Below, piece after piece: positions 26,934 to 36,954 of a DNA stretch of 64,000 bases (position 1 is the stretch's first letter; each line of letters begins with the position of its first letter). Under the pieces are notes generated by a model that saw only the letters and a program-made list of their open reading frames with translations, made no database searches and had not been told where the DNA came from. The stretch is from an uncultured Ignavibacteriota bacterium (GTDB lineage Bacteria; Bacteroidota; Ignavibacteria; UBA10030; BY39). The stretch lies in the NCBI GenBank assembly GCA_947085405.1, contig CAMTWO010000024.1, positions 579-64,578 on the forward strand. Direction: 5' to 3'. A program made the translations under genes and the position numbers.

Positions 26934-28599
26934 ATGAGAATTGCTATGAAATCGATAATCTTAATTATGCTTGTAATATTTTTAGTGGCAACAGAACTTT
27001 TTTCACAAGATCACATTGCTCCGTGTAACGGACCGCAGAATCATTCTGGAGGGATATGCTATGGCTATGCAACAGGAAGAGCGGCAGGAAAGTTGGCTGG
27101 CGATTCTATTTGTAATCCGTTAACATTTTATCAGGATTCAATTAACACTGCCTTTTTTATCTACGTCTCAGATACATCGCTGAGTGGGTTACAGTTGGGT
27201 GATATCATAAAATTCAAAAAACATGCTGCATATGTGGTCTCTGTGGGTAGCCCAATTGGTACGAGTCGGGGTCGATCAATATTCTACGATGTGGGTTAAA
27301 GAAGAAAAGAATATTAGTTTAGATAGTGTAAAAAAAATTTATGGGGCATGGTCCGGATATTATAGTGCAAAATTGATAGATATCACAGTACAAAATAGTT
27401 TTTCTGGTGGAATGGTAAAGATTAATAATTCTACTGTCAGCACTGGCACTAAGACAGTGGACTGGAGGTCTCATCAATCGCTTGAGGCAGTTGATAGACA
27501 AAATATACTTGAACCGATAAACAACGTGTACTATGTTCGTTTATTTCAATACTGGATGATACCATTGAAAGATAATAATTATAATTCAAGTGTAACGATC
27601 GTACCAAAGCCAGGTCGAACATATACAGCTGTCTTCGAAAAAGAACTCAACATTACATTTCAGAACAATTTTGTAGGCGCTAATGGTGGACAGATAAAGG
27701 TAAATGGAATAATTCAAAATGCTCCATTTACTACAGGGGTACTAGCGAGAAACCCACCACAATCAATCACATCTGAAGCAATGTATCAGGTAATAAATAG
27801 AATAGAAAACACATTCAAATTTTGGATAAACAACAAAACTCTCAATACAGTGAAAACAGCCTTAGCTACGTTTTATCCGAACGACCACACTACATACACT
27901 GCTCACTTTAATGCCAAACCCCTACATCCTGATTACTTGTATGCAGGTGGTGAAGTTGGTCAGCCAGTTCGTCTCACATGGCAAACACATCCGCATAGTA
28001 ATGTAACGTATGAAATCTGGCGTAAAATTGATGCCGGTAAAGGAACCCCCTCTCAACCTCCATTGCTCTTGTCAAGTTTGCCTCGGGCAACAACATCCTA
28101 CACAGATTACGCTTATACTAATACTGACGGTTACACAGATGATCTTGTGTGGTATGATGTGCGCTCAAAGTTTTCGCTTAACAATACTCAATCCGACCCC
28201 TGGTGGGTGGCTGCTTTTGCAACCGATGGTTCCGGTGGTGGCCTGCCTCTTCCAAAAATTGCTCAAGGAGAAGACCTCAATATAATGGAGATGAGCGTTC
28301 CCACAAACTATCAAATTACTTCTTATCCCAATCCATTTAATCCAACCACTGTTATTAAATATGCCTTGCCTAATGCTACTCACGTAACTATCAAAATTTA
28401 TGATCTACTCGGACAAGAAATTATAACACTTGTCGATGAAGCACAAGAGAACGGTTATCGTTCGGTTGAATGGAACGGTACGAACAATGCAGGTTCTACT
28501 GTAGCGAGCGGAATCTATATTTACCGGTTATCTGGGGTGAACTTACAAAACTCCAACGACCGCTTTGGTCAGACAAAACGGATGTTATTAATCAAATAG
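26934..28599 (+). pseudogene. T9SS-sorted secreted protein interrupted by a +1 frameshift near 27223-27299 (either a pseudogene or an assembly error)
   Basis: ORF 26934-27299 carries the signal peptide (MRIAMKSIILIMLVIFLVATELFSQ). ORF 27223-28599, in the +1 frame, has no signal peptide but carries the T9SS CTD (YPNPFNPTTVIKYALPNATHVTIKIYDLLGQEIITLVDE...KRMLLIK). The two overlap by 77 nt around a GGGG run. Confidence 0.45.
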
Positions 28600-28611
28600 T
28601 GATTTAATACT

Positions 28612-28706
28612 CCCCGCCCCCGCCAGAACCCCGCCCGACCGGCTGACGCCAGTCAGGCGGGCAGAGGCTTTGTCGGGCTGGCGAACGCTGAAAGCGGGCG
28701 GGCATT
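28612..28706. repeat. GC-rich palindromic element cluster (CCCGCC.../...GGCGGG with AGCGTTC core in reverse orientation), copy 2
   Basis: ccccgcccccgccagaaccccgcccgaccggctgacgccagtcaggcgggcagaggctttgtcgggctggcgaacgctgaaagcgggcgggc, in an otherwise AT-rich context. Confidence 0.45.
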
Positions 28707-28999
28707 ATTCCAAAGCTCTATCATTCAATGTTGGAGTTTTTTTATTTTCAAATACCTATTAAACCACTTCCTACGTTTCATAAACACTATTTTTCGCTTG
28801 ATTTCGGATGTTCCCGCACTTGGATTGCAATTTCCCGCACTTTTTTTACATTGTGATTATAAGCACTTAAAAAAGCAGGATTACTATTACAATTTAGAGG
28901 TTTTTTTGCTGAGGTAAACAGTTTTTCGTGGCATAATTGTTGGGCTAATTACAAACGTAATTAAATGAAATACTCAATAACTAATATTTAGGAGGTTCT

Positions 29000-30976
29000 A
29001 TGTTAAAAAGAATCACAATTTTTGCGTTACTTCTTTTATTTGTCGGATTGGCAATGGCTCAGTTGCCACCGGCTCCAACAAATTTGACAGTGGAAAAAAT
29101 AATCAATCCAAACAGTTTTAGCTTTGCTAAACTTCAATGGGAATATTCAATTCTGAATTTTCGCTTTAATGTTTACAAAGCAGTCGATAATCAGCCATTT
29201 ATTAAAATTAGCAATACTGGAATAAAAGACTTTATCGACAGGATGGTTCCACCAGGGCACATTTATCGATACTATGTTACTGCCGTACAAAATAATCTAA
29301 CTGAAAGTTTACCGAGCAACGAAGTGATTTTTGTACCGGATTCAACTCCGCCGCCGCCGATGATGGTCCGTGGATTCATCTCAGGAAATATTGTAAACGA
29401 TTCAACGGGTGAACCGATAAGCGGGGTAAGATTAAGGTTTTACAAATTAAACGGATGGATGTATTGGCGCGAAGCTCGCACAGATTCTCTCGGCAATTAT
29501 TTTGCACCGTTAGACACAGGAAAATACCTCGTCTATGCGAGTAAATGGACTTACGTTCCTGAATGGTTCGATAATTCATTGACACGTGAAGGTGCGACAC
29601 CTGTATTAATCAGTGCCGGTGATACCAGTACAGCTAATTTTGGATTAAACCGCGTTCTTCTTCCTCCACCACCTGTATGGGTTTCTGTGAGTGGAAATGT
29701 AATTGATAGCAATGCACAAACTCCCATCCAAGATGCACTTGTTCTCTTTATGCGAACAAACCGCACAATAAACATGGCTCAAAACCAAGACGGATACCTT
29801 TTTGGCAATAGAGAAGAAAATATGTTCGTCCACGGTTTTGGGACAATAAACGGCATTATTGGGAAAGCTCGCACCGATGAGAACGGTGATTACACTGTTC
29901 GCGTACCCGCCGGATTTTCGTACATAGCATTGGCAGTAAAACCAGGCTATATACCTGAATTTTACAATAATAAACTCACTCCTTTTGATGCAGATAGAAT
30001 CTTAGTTAGCGGTACTCTGACCGGAATTAACTTTGATTTAGTAGTTAACCCGCTAACACAAAACAGTATTGCCGGTAAGGTGAAAAATGCAGACGGTGAT
30101 GGAGTAATCTCTAAAGTTGTATTATTCCAGAAATTAGCAAACCGAATATTCCCGGTACGCTGCACAGTTACAGACACGTTAGGCGATTATAACTTCAATT
30201 ATATATATCCGGGTTATTACTTTGCAAAAGCAGTTCCGCTTGCATTCTATGCGCCTGCATGGTATGATGCAGATAGCTGTGGAATATACTGTTGGGTGAA
30301 TGCCGATAGTTTCTTAGTAAATGGAAACACGACAGGAATAGATATTTGTGTCCTACCAATCGTCCCCGGCGGATTTGCCAGCATCTCAGGCAGCATAAAT
30401 GAAATCGGTAAATCCAGTAATGTTCAAGGTGTTACAGTATATGCGGTTTCATTAGCTACAAATTTAATAGCAAGTTATGATATTACTGAAGAAGATGGAT
30501 CATTCGAACTCTCCGGTTTAGCTCCCGGATCATACAAAGTTGTTGTTGATAAAGAAGGATACAACGCTGTTAGCACACCAGTGTACTCTGTAAGTTCAGA
30601 AAATAATTTTACGGAAGACAATGTACAAATTCTTATATCGAGTGCAACCCTGGGTGTGGGCGGAATAGATAATTTACCTGATAACTATTCACTCAATCAA
30701 AACTATCCTAACCCGTTCAACCCGACAACCGAAATTAGCTTTACGATTCCAATAACGAGCAAGGTTGATGTCGCTGTTTTCAATCTACTCGGTCAACAAA
30801 TTGCCTCATTGATTAACGGTGAACTAACCGCAGGACATTATAACGTCGTATGGAATGGAACTGATGCTAATGGTAGATTGGTTGGAAGCGGTGTCTATTT
30901 CTACAAGTTAACTGCAAACTCATTAGACAACAGCGTTACTTTTACTAACGTTAAAAAAATGTTGTTGCTCAAATAG
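29000..30976 (+). CDS. T9SS-sorted secreted protein with carboxypeptidase-regulatory-like repeats
   Basis: TAGGAGG RBS. Signal peptide MLKRITIFALLLLFVGLAMAQ. C-terminus YPNPFNPTTEISFTIP...VFNLLGQQIASL...VYFYKLTA...KKMLLLK. Confidence 0.75.
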   Translation: MLKRITIFALLLLFVGLAMAQLPPAPTNLTVEKIINPNSFSFAKLQWEYSILNFRFNVYKAVDNQPFIKISNTGIKDFIDRMVPPGHIYRYYVTAVQNNLTESLPSNEVIFVPDSTPPPPMMVRGFISGNIVNDSTGEPISGVRLRFYKLNGWMYWREARTDSLGNYFAPLDTGKYLVYASKWTYVPEWFDNSLTREGATPVLISAGDTSTANFGLNRVLLPPPPVWVSVSGNVIDSNAQTPIQDALVLFMRTNRTINMAQNQDGYLFGNREENMFVHGFGTINGIIGKARTDENGDYTVRVPAGFSYIALAVKPGYIPEFYNNKLTPFDADRILVSGTLTGINFDLVVNPLTQNSIAGKVKNADGDGVISKVVLFQKLANRIFPVRCTVTDTLGDYNFNYIYPGYYFAKAVPLAFYAPAWYDADSCGIYCWVNADSFLVNGNTTGIDICVLPIVPGGFASISGSINEIGKSSNVQGVTVYAVSLATNLIASYDITEEDGSFELSGLAPGSYKVVVDKEGYNAVSTPVYSVSSENNFTEDNVQILISSATLGVGGIDNLPDNYSLNQNYPNPFNPTTEISFTIPITSKVDVAVFNLLGQQIASLINGELTAGHYNVVWNGTDANGRLVGSGVYFYKLTANSLDNSVTFTNVKKMLLLK

Positions 30977-31006
30977 TTAACCCCTTTAAACAATAGTTAA
31001 CTCCTC

Positions 31007-31055
31007 GAAAAACCCGTTTTCCTGATCAATTTGGAAAGCGGGTTTTTCATAATTT
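31007..31055 (+). terminator. Rho-independent terminator (gaaaaacccgttttcc / ggaaagcgggtttttc plus T-rich tail)
   Basis: A 16-bp stem with one mismatch, loop tgatcaattt, followed by ataatttatt. Confidence 0.6.
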
Positions 31056-31113
31056 ATTGAAATAAGTTAAAATTTTTTGTAGATTCTTTTTGAACAAACA
31101 ATAAAGTGGATTT

Positions 31114-33969
31114 ATGATTAATAAAGTTGCGGTTATAATGCTCCTGACTCTGAGTATTACACAAACTGGCCTTACTTTAACGCAGGTGAAAAAAACAAAA
31201 CAAGATTTTCCAATTAAAGAGTTATTCACAAGTCGTTCTCAACCAGCAATAAAAGTGCCTATGAAGTCTTCATACTTTCCGCCAGCCGCGGCTGTTTCGA
31301 GTGTGATATTTGAAGAAAGTTTTGAAGGTACGACAGGATTTTCACCGGCAGGATGGAAAACTGTAAATAAGGATGGTGGCGGAACGACAGGTCCCTGGTT
31401 TCAAGGAAATTCAACTATATTCACAGCTTACCACGGTAACGGGTATGCGGCTGCTAACTATCAGGGTGCCAACGATTTTTATATCGACGAATGGCTAATA
31501 TCACCACTTATATCATCTATAAGCTTGAGCGATACACTCTGCTTCTATCATCGATCTCCGGATTACTCATCATGGGCTGATTCTATTGAAGTACGAATAT
31601 CTACTACAGATACTGCTATTGCATCGTTCACTAAAAGAATAGATTACTTTGAAACTTCTACTACGGGTTGGGCACAGAAAAAATATTCGTTAAAAAATTT
31701 TGTAACAAACGGTAGCAATATTTATATAGCTTTTAGATATTTAATATACGACGGTGGAATATCGGGTTTTAACTCGGATTATGTTGGAATTGATCTGGTA
31801 CAGATTATCAGACCTAAATTGCAAACAGATATGAAGGTTTTTTCGATCGACTATCCGATTCATAGCACAAAGGTCGTTCAAGGAAGCACTATTTATCCCG
31901 TTGCTACTTTTGAGAATGTAGGCAGCTTAACCTTATCGAACATACCCGTTAGAATGAAAATATTTTCACCCACTGGAGCAGTTTACGAAAGCAACCAAAT
32001 AATATCATCATTAAACCCAAACCAATCCACGCCAATAACTTTCGACAACTATACACCGCTTGTCAATGGAGTTTACCAAGTTAGAGCCTATTCGCTATTC
32101 GTCGGGGACGAGAACAGAGTAAACGACTCTTTAGCGATATCTTTCAAAGCCGCAATTTTATTATCAGGAACATTTACTGTGGGAGTCGGAGGCCACATCC
32201 AGACGATCAATAAAGCCATCGATTCATTGTCCAATAATATTATTTCAGGCGACATCACGTTATCATTAATTAACAATACTTATAACGAAATCCCGATTAC
32301 AATTCCAGATTTGGATTATTCGTTTTCTACGAACAAAGTTATCATCAAACCTGCAAACGGTATGTCGCCCACTATTAATATCAATTCCACGATAGAAAAA
32401 CCCTACGGCATTTCTATTAACGGAGCGACAAAAATTGTAATTAACGGATCCAATAGTGATTTAGAAGATAAAAATCTTACATTAATTTTATTGGGGTCTG
32501 AGGGTAAGATCGGTATTAGTATCGGTAGTGTTTTTGGCGCCAGCGCCGATAGCAACACGATAAAAAATCTGAACATCCGAACTGGAGCTGATTCTTTACT
32601 CTCATCAAACGGATATTTCGGAATACTCGTAACTGGTTACAGCAGTGCTTTCCCATCTGCGGGAAACATTATTTACAACTGCGATATTACAAAGCATGGT
32701 TCTATCGGAATTGCTGCTCAGTGGTTGAACGGTGTTACGATTGAAAAAAATTACATACACGACTGGAAACAACTTAGCGGCGATAACGATGTGCATGGAA
32801 TCTGGATCGCCGACGGAGTAGTAAATGCAGTCGTCTGTAGAAATATCATCAGTAATATCAGAACTGCTGTAAATTATGCGTGGACGATAGGAATAGAGAA
32901 CAGCTCGGGTTCAAATTCTTACTCAAATTTCTACAATAATTTTATTCATAATATTTTATCATACGGGGCGGGTGGACTAGTTAATTATTCACTCGGAATA
33001 TACAGTAGCAGTACTGCAAACACCGGGGATAGCTATTACTACAATTCAATTTACCTTTCCGGAAACGACCTCTCAACGTCGTCATCAAGCCGAACTGCAG
33101 GTTTTGAATTTTATGGAGGGGCAAACATCACTCTGAAAAACAACATTGTTTTTAACGAAACAAATCTGGCGGGAAGCTCCACATATAATAAGGCTTATGC
33201 AATATATCTTGCTGCATTGCCAACAAATTTTGTTTCGAATAATAACAATCTATACGCTCCGGGAACGAAGGGGGCTGTTGGATACAATGCAGGTAACAGA
33301 TTCACAATCACAGATTGGAAGAATTCTTTTACACCCAAACAAGATAGTTTAAGTATTAGCGCCGATCCTTTTTTTGTTTCTCAAAGTAGTGGTAATTTAC
33401 ATATTTTAACTTCTGAGTCGTCGCCTGTTAATGCTGCCGCTGTTCCAATTCCGGGTATTACGACAGATATCGACGGACAGAAGCGGAACTCCATAACCCC
33501 CGATATTGGTGCAGATGAATTTACACCTGGCGAATTTATGGTGCCAGCTATTTATTCCGCAGGATGGAACCTCGTCTCAGTTCCGCTTACCGTTTCCGAC
33601 TATACCAAAACCGCAATTTTCCCCCTCTCAATCTCGAATGCATTTTCATTCGACGGTAATTACAAAGTACAACAAACATTAAAAAATGGAATTGGTTATT
33701 GGTTAAAATTCAGTTCACCCCAAACGATATTTATGGAGGGTTTTTCACGGCTTATCGACACGGTCGATGTAAAAGTAGGATGGAATTTAATCGGCTCGGT
33801 ATCCTTTTCGATTCCTGTAAGTTCAATAATACAGATCCCTGCGAATAACATAATATCCCTGATATATGGTTATAATTTGGGCTATCATTCTGTAACTTCA
33901 ATTGTTCCGGGAAGAGGATACTGGGTAAAAGTACGGCAGGATGGAAAACTTCTCCTCATCTCTCAATAA
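31114..33969 (+). CDS. Large secreted right-handed parallel beta-helix (pectate-lyase fold) protein with C-terminal GWN...GYW(V/L)K domain
   Basis: Signal peptide. Beta-helix repeat signatures (NIIYNCDITKHGSIGIAAQWLNGVTIEKNYIHD, CRNIISNI). C-terminal ~150 aa (GWNLVSVPLTV...GIGYWLKFSS...GWNLIGSVS...GRGYWVKV) is homologous to an internal domain of the first ORF. Confidence 0.7.
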   Translation: MINKVAVIMLLTLSITQTGLTLTQVKKTKQDFPIKELFTSRSQPAIKVPMKSSYFPPAAAVSSVIFEESFEGTTGFSPAGWKTVNKDGGGTTGPWFQGNSTIFTAYHGNGYAAANYQGANDFYIDEWLISPLISSISLSDTLCFYHRSPDYSSWADSIEVRISTTDTAIASFTKRIDYFETSTTGWAQKKYSLKNFVTNGSNIYIAFRYLIYDGGISGFNSDYVGIDLVQIIRPKLQTDMKVFSIDYPIHSTKVVQGSTIYPVATFENVGSLTLSNIPVRMKIFSPTGAVYESNQIISSLNPNQSTPITFDNYTPLVNGVYQVRAYSLFVGDENRVNDSLAISFKAAILLSGTFTVGVGGHIQTINKAIDSLSNNIISGDITLSLINNTYNEIPITIPDLDYSFSTNKVIIKPANGMSPTININSTIEKPYGISINGATKIVINGSNSDLEDKNLTLILLGSEGKIGISIGSVFGASADSNTIKNLNIRTGADSLLSSNGYFGILVTGYSSAFPSAGNIIYNCDITKHGSIGIAAQWLNGVTIEKNYIHDWKQLSGDNDVHGIWIADGVVNAVVCRNIISNIRTAVNYAWTIGIENSSGSNSYSNFYNNFIHNILSYGAGGLVNYSLGIYSSSTANTGDSYYYNSIYLSGNDLSTSSSSRTAGFEFYGGANITLKNNIVFNETNLAGSSTYNKAYAIYLAALPTNFVSNNNNLYAPGTKGAVGYNAGNRFTITDWKNSFTPKQDSLSISADPFFVSQSSGNLHILTSESSPVNAAAVPIPGITTDIDGQKRNSITPDIGADEFTPGEFMVPAIYSAGWNLVSVPLTVSDYTKTAIFPLSISNAFSFDGNYKVQQTLKNGIGYWLKFSSPQTIFMEGFSRLIDTVDVKVGWNLIGSVSFSIPVSSIIQIPANNIISLIYGYNLGYHSVTSIVPGRGYWVKVRQDGKLLLISQ

Positions 33970-34055
33970 ATCACTGATTATAATTTATTACGAACAAAGA
34001 AACGTGTAATATTGAGAGAACTCGGTTTTTAAATTTTTTCTTCGAGAATATTTGT

Positions 34056-35153
34056 TTATATCGCTGCCTCGGTATCTTTCCGGAAGAAATGTAATTTAGC
34101 AGTATCGATATAAAGCGGAAAGTTTTCGTTCACTTTTAACCGGTTATCGGGTGGCACACGGGCCACTAACTTTTCGCCGTTTCTGGTTGCGAAATAAACA
34201 AACATTTCGTTCCCTACCGTTTCTATAACTTCGATGAATCCTATTATCTCCTTCAACGCCGCTGAATTAGAATGCGTGTGAATGTGCTCGGGTCTGATTC
34301 CTAATACAATTTCTTTATTTGTATAAGCTGCTAATTTATTTCTGAATTCATCTGGTAAATTACATTCAAAAGTTTTATTCAGGGATGTGTACTGCAGTTG
34401 ACCGTCGTTATGAATTTTACCTTCAACAAAATTCATCGTCGGACTTCCAATAAACGAAGCAACAAATTTATTTACAGGATTATTGTAGATGTTCAGCGGT
34501 GTATCGACCTGATGTATGTGTCCGTCTTTCATTACAACAATTCTGTCGCCCATCGACATTGCTTCAACCTGGTCGTGTGTTACGTAAATCATCGTGGTTT
34601 CGATTTGGTGATGCAGCCGCGAAATTTCGGTTCGCATTTGAACACGCAGGTTTGCATCGAGATTGCTGAGCGGTTCATCGAATAAAAATACTTTCGGCTG
34701 ACGCACAATCGCCCTGCCCAAAGCAACACGCTGACGCTGCCCGCCCGAAAGGGCTTTCGGTTTACGCTCTAACAACTGGCTAATGCCAAGTATATCGGCA
34801 GCTTTTTGAACACGTTTTTTAATCTCGGCTTTATCATACTTTCGTAATTTCAAACCGAACGCTAAATTTTCAAACACATTCATGTGCGGGTAGAGAGCGT
34901 AATTTTGAAATACCATGGCAATGTCCCTGTCTTTCGGTGGGATGTCGTTCACGACTTTTTCGTCAATTGAAATCGTGCCGCTTGTAATTTCTTCGAGTCC
35001 GGCAATCATCCTCAATGTTGTCGATTTACCGCATCCCGAAGGTCCAACCAACACGATGAACTCTTTATCCGGTATTACCAAGTTCACATCGTGAACAACC
35101 GTTACGTTTGGTTCGAATGTTTTCCGAACGTTTTCTAATTTTACTGAGCCCAT
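34056..35153 (-). CDS. ABC transporter ATP-binding protein, MalK/UgpC (carbohydrate importer) family
   Basis: Walker A GPSGCGKST, Q-loop, LSGGQRQRVALGRA signature, Walker B VFLFDEPLSNLD. C-terminal regulatory/TOBE-like domain. Confidence 0.85.
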   Translation of the reverse strand: MGSVKLENVRKTFEPNVTVVHDVNLVIPDKEFIVLVGPSGCGKSTTLRMIAGLEEITSGTISIDEKVVNDIPPKDRDIAMVFQNYALYPHMNVFENLAFGLKLRKYDKAEIKKRVQKAADILGISQLLERKPKALSGGQRQRVALGRAIVRQPKVFLFDEPLSNLDANLRVQMRTEISRLHHQIETTMIYVTHDQVEAMSMGDRIVVMKDGHIHQVDTPLNIYNNPVNKFVASFIGSPTMNFVEGKIHNDGQLQYTSLNKTFECNLPDEFRNKLAAYTNKEIVLGIRPEHIHTHSNSAALKEIIGFIEVIETVGNEMFVYFATRNGEKLVARVPPDNRLKVNENFPLYIDTAKLHFFRKDTEAAI

Positions 35154-35254
35154 ATTTTTCTCTCATTTATTCTTGTAAAATATATATATTTTTCTTTTAA
35201 CTTAAAAACACTTATCTTTTTACTGAAGTTATCAAATACTCATAAACTTAGCAA

Positions 35255-35932
35255 ATGGAAAAAATTATCGAACACTTATATATTTTACCGATACTGTTAT
35301 TTTCTGTTATCGTCCACGAAATTTCACACGGTTATATGGCTTTGCGTTTAGGCGATCCAACCGCAAAAATGATGGGGCGATTAACTTTCAATCCAATTCC
35401 ACACATCGATCCAATCGGTTCAGTCCTTGTGCCCCTCTTCTCTTTATTTATGGCGGGGCAGATTTTTATCGCATGGGCAAAACCGGTTCCCGTAAATCCA
35501 ATGAACTTTTCGAATTTCAAACGCGACGATATACTTGTTTCAATAGTAGGTCCACTCTCGAATATCGCCCTGGCTTTTGTGTGCGCCATTGCTTTCATTT
35601 TAGCTCACACATTCACTCCATTAGTCCAACAAGCGAATATCGAATTGTTAACCGAAATGTGGGGCTTCTTAAACAAAATGTTCCTCGGTGGATTGTATCT
35701 CAACGTCATACTCGCCGTGTTCAATATGCTGCCGATTCCGCCATTAGATGGTTCACACGTTGTTGCTAATTTTTTGCCGGACGCCATCAGCGAACAATAT
35801 CGTAACATCGGTTTCTTCGGTATATTCATAATAATTCTATTGATGCGTGTTGACGCTTTCAGAACAATTTTTTTCGGCATCATCGAAACTATAGCATTTC
35901 CCTTTTTAATGTTAATAAATATTCTTACATAA
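35255..35932 (+). CDS. Site-2 protease family (peptidase M50) integral membrane zinc metalloprotease
   Basis: HEISHG (HExxH) within the first TM helix and multiple hydrophobic helices; ~225 aa, typical of SpoIVFB-like M50B proteases. Confidence 0.7.
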   Translation: MEKIIEHLYILPILLFSVIVHEISHGYMALRLGDPTAKMMGRLTFNPIPHIDPIGSVLVPLFSLFMAGQIFIAWAKPVPVNPMNFSNFKRDDILVSIVGPLSNIALAFVCAIAFILAHTFTPLVQQANIELLTEMWGFLNKMFLGGLYLNVILAVFNMLPIPPLDGSHVVANFLPDAISEQYRNIGFFGIFIIILLMRVDAFRTIFFGIIETIAFPFLMLINILT

Positions 35933-35950
35933 ATATTTGAGAGGAAAGTA

Positions 35951-36952
35951 ATGAAACTTTATGACATCGGAATTGTAGGTTCCACCGGATTAGTTGGAAG
36001 AAAAATTTTGGAAGTTCTCGAACAACGCAAGTTTCCCGTCGGAAAATTACATCTTCTTGCTACCGAAAAATCGATAGGCACGCAAATTGACTTTAAAGGA
36101 AAAACTTATTTTGTAGAAAAGTTAACCGCCGATGTATTGTCAGGTTTCGATTTTGTGTTTTTTAGTGCAGGCGGTCCCGTCAGTAAAGAGTTCGCTCCCA
36201 TCGCGGCGCAAAAAGGAGCCCTCGTAATTGATAACAGCAGCACGTTTCGTATGGAAGATTGGGTTCCGCTTGTTGTTCCCGAAGTAAATCCGCACAAAGT
36301 GTTAAAACATAAAGGCATCATTGCCAACCCCAACTGCTCGACAATTCAAATGGTAGTTGCCTTAAAACCGCTGCACGATAAGTGGAAAATAAAAAGAATA
36401 ATCGTATCAACGTATCAGTCCGTAACGGGCGCCGGTCAGTATGCTGTTGACCAGCTTGAAGATGAGGTGCAAAAAGTTCCGATGCGAAAACAAAAATTCC
36501 CTCATCAAATTGCTTATAACTGTTTTCCGCACATAGATATTTTTTATGAAGATGGTTATACACGAGAAGAATTAAAAATGGTGAACGAAACACGAAAAAT
36601 TATGGAAGAGCCGGCACTGAAAATTACAGCAACCTGTGTGCGTATTCCGTCAATCGGAGGACACGGCGAAGCAATCAATATTGAATTTGAAAAACCGTTT
36701 GAACTTGAAGAAGTTAAAAAAGTTTTAAGCAGTGCACCGGGAGTTGTGCTGCAGGACGACCCGATGCAAAATATTTATCCAATGCCAATTTGGTCGCATA
36801 ATCGCGATGAAGTATTCGTCGGACGGTTACGAAGGGATGAAACAATTAAGAACGGTTTGAATATGTGGGTTGTTTCCGATAATCTGCGTAAAGGTGCCGC
36901 AACTAATGCCGTGCAGATTGCCGAGGAATACATTTTAAGAAAATCAGTTTAG
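35951..36952 (+). CDS. asd: Aspartate-semialdehyde dehydrogenase
   Basis: N-terminal GIVGSTGLVGRKILEVL Rossmann fold and active-site IANPNCSTI; 333 aa. Confidence 0.9.
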   Translation: MKLYDIGIVGSTGLVGRKILEVLEQRKFPVGKLHLLATEKSIGTQIDFKGKTYFVEKLTADVLSGFDFVFFSAGGPVSKEFAPIAAQKGALVIDNSSTFRMEDWVPLVVPEVNPHKVLKHKGIIANPNCSTIQMVVALKPLHDKWKIKRIIVSTYQSVTGAGQYAVDQLEDEVQKVPMRKQKFPHQIAYNCFPHIDIFYEDGYTREELKMVNETRKIMEEPALKITATCVRIPSIGGHGEAINIEFEKPFELEEVKKVLSSAPGVVLQDDPMQNIYPMPIWSHNRDEVFVGRLRRDETIKNGLNMWVVSDNLRKGAATNAVQIAEEYILRKSV

Positions 36953-36954
36953 GT

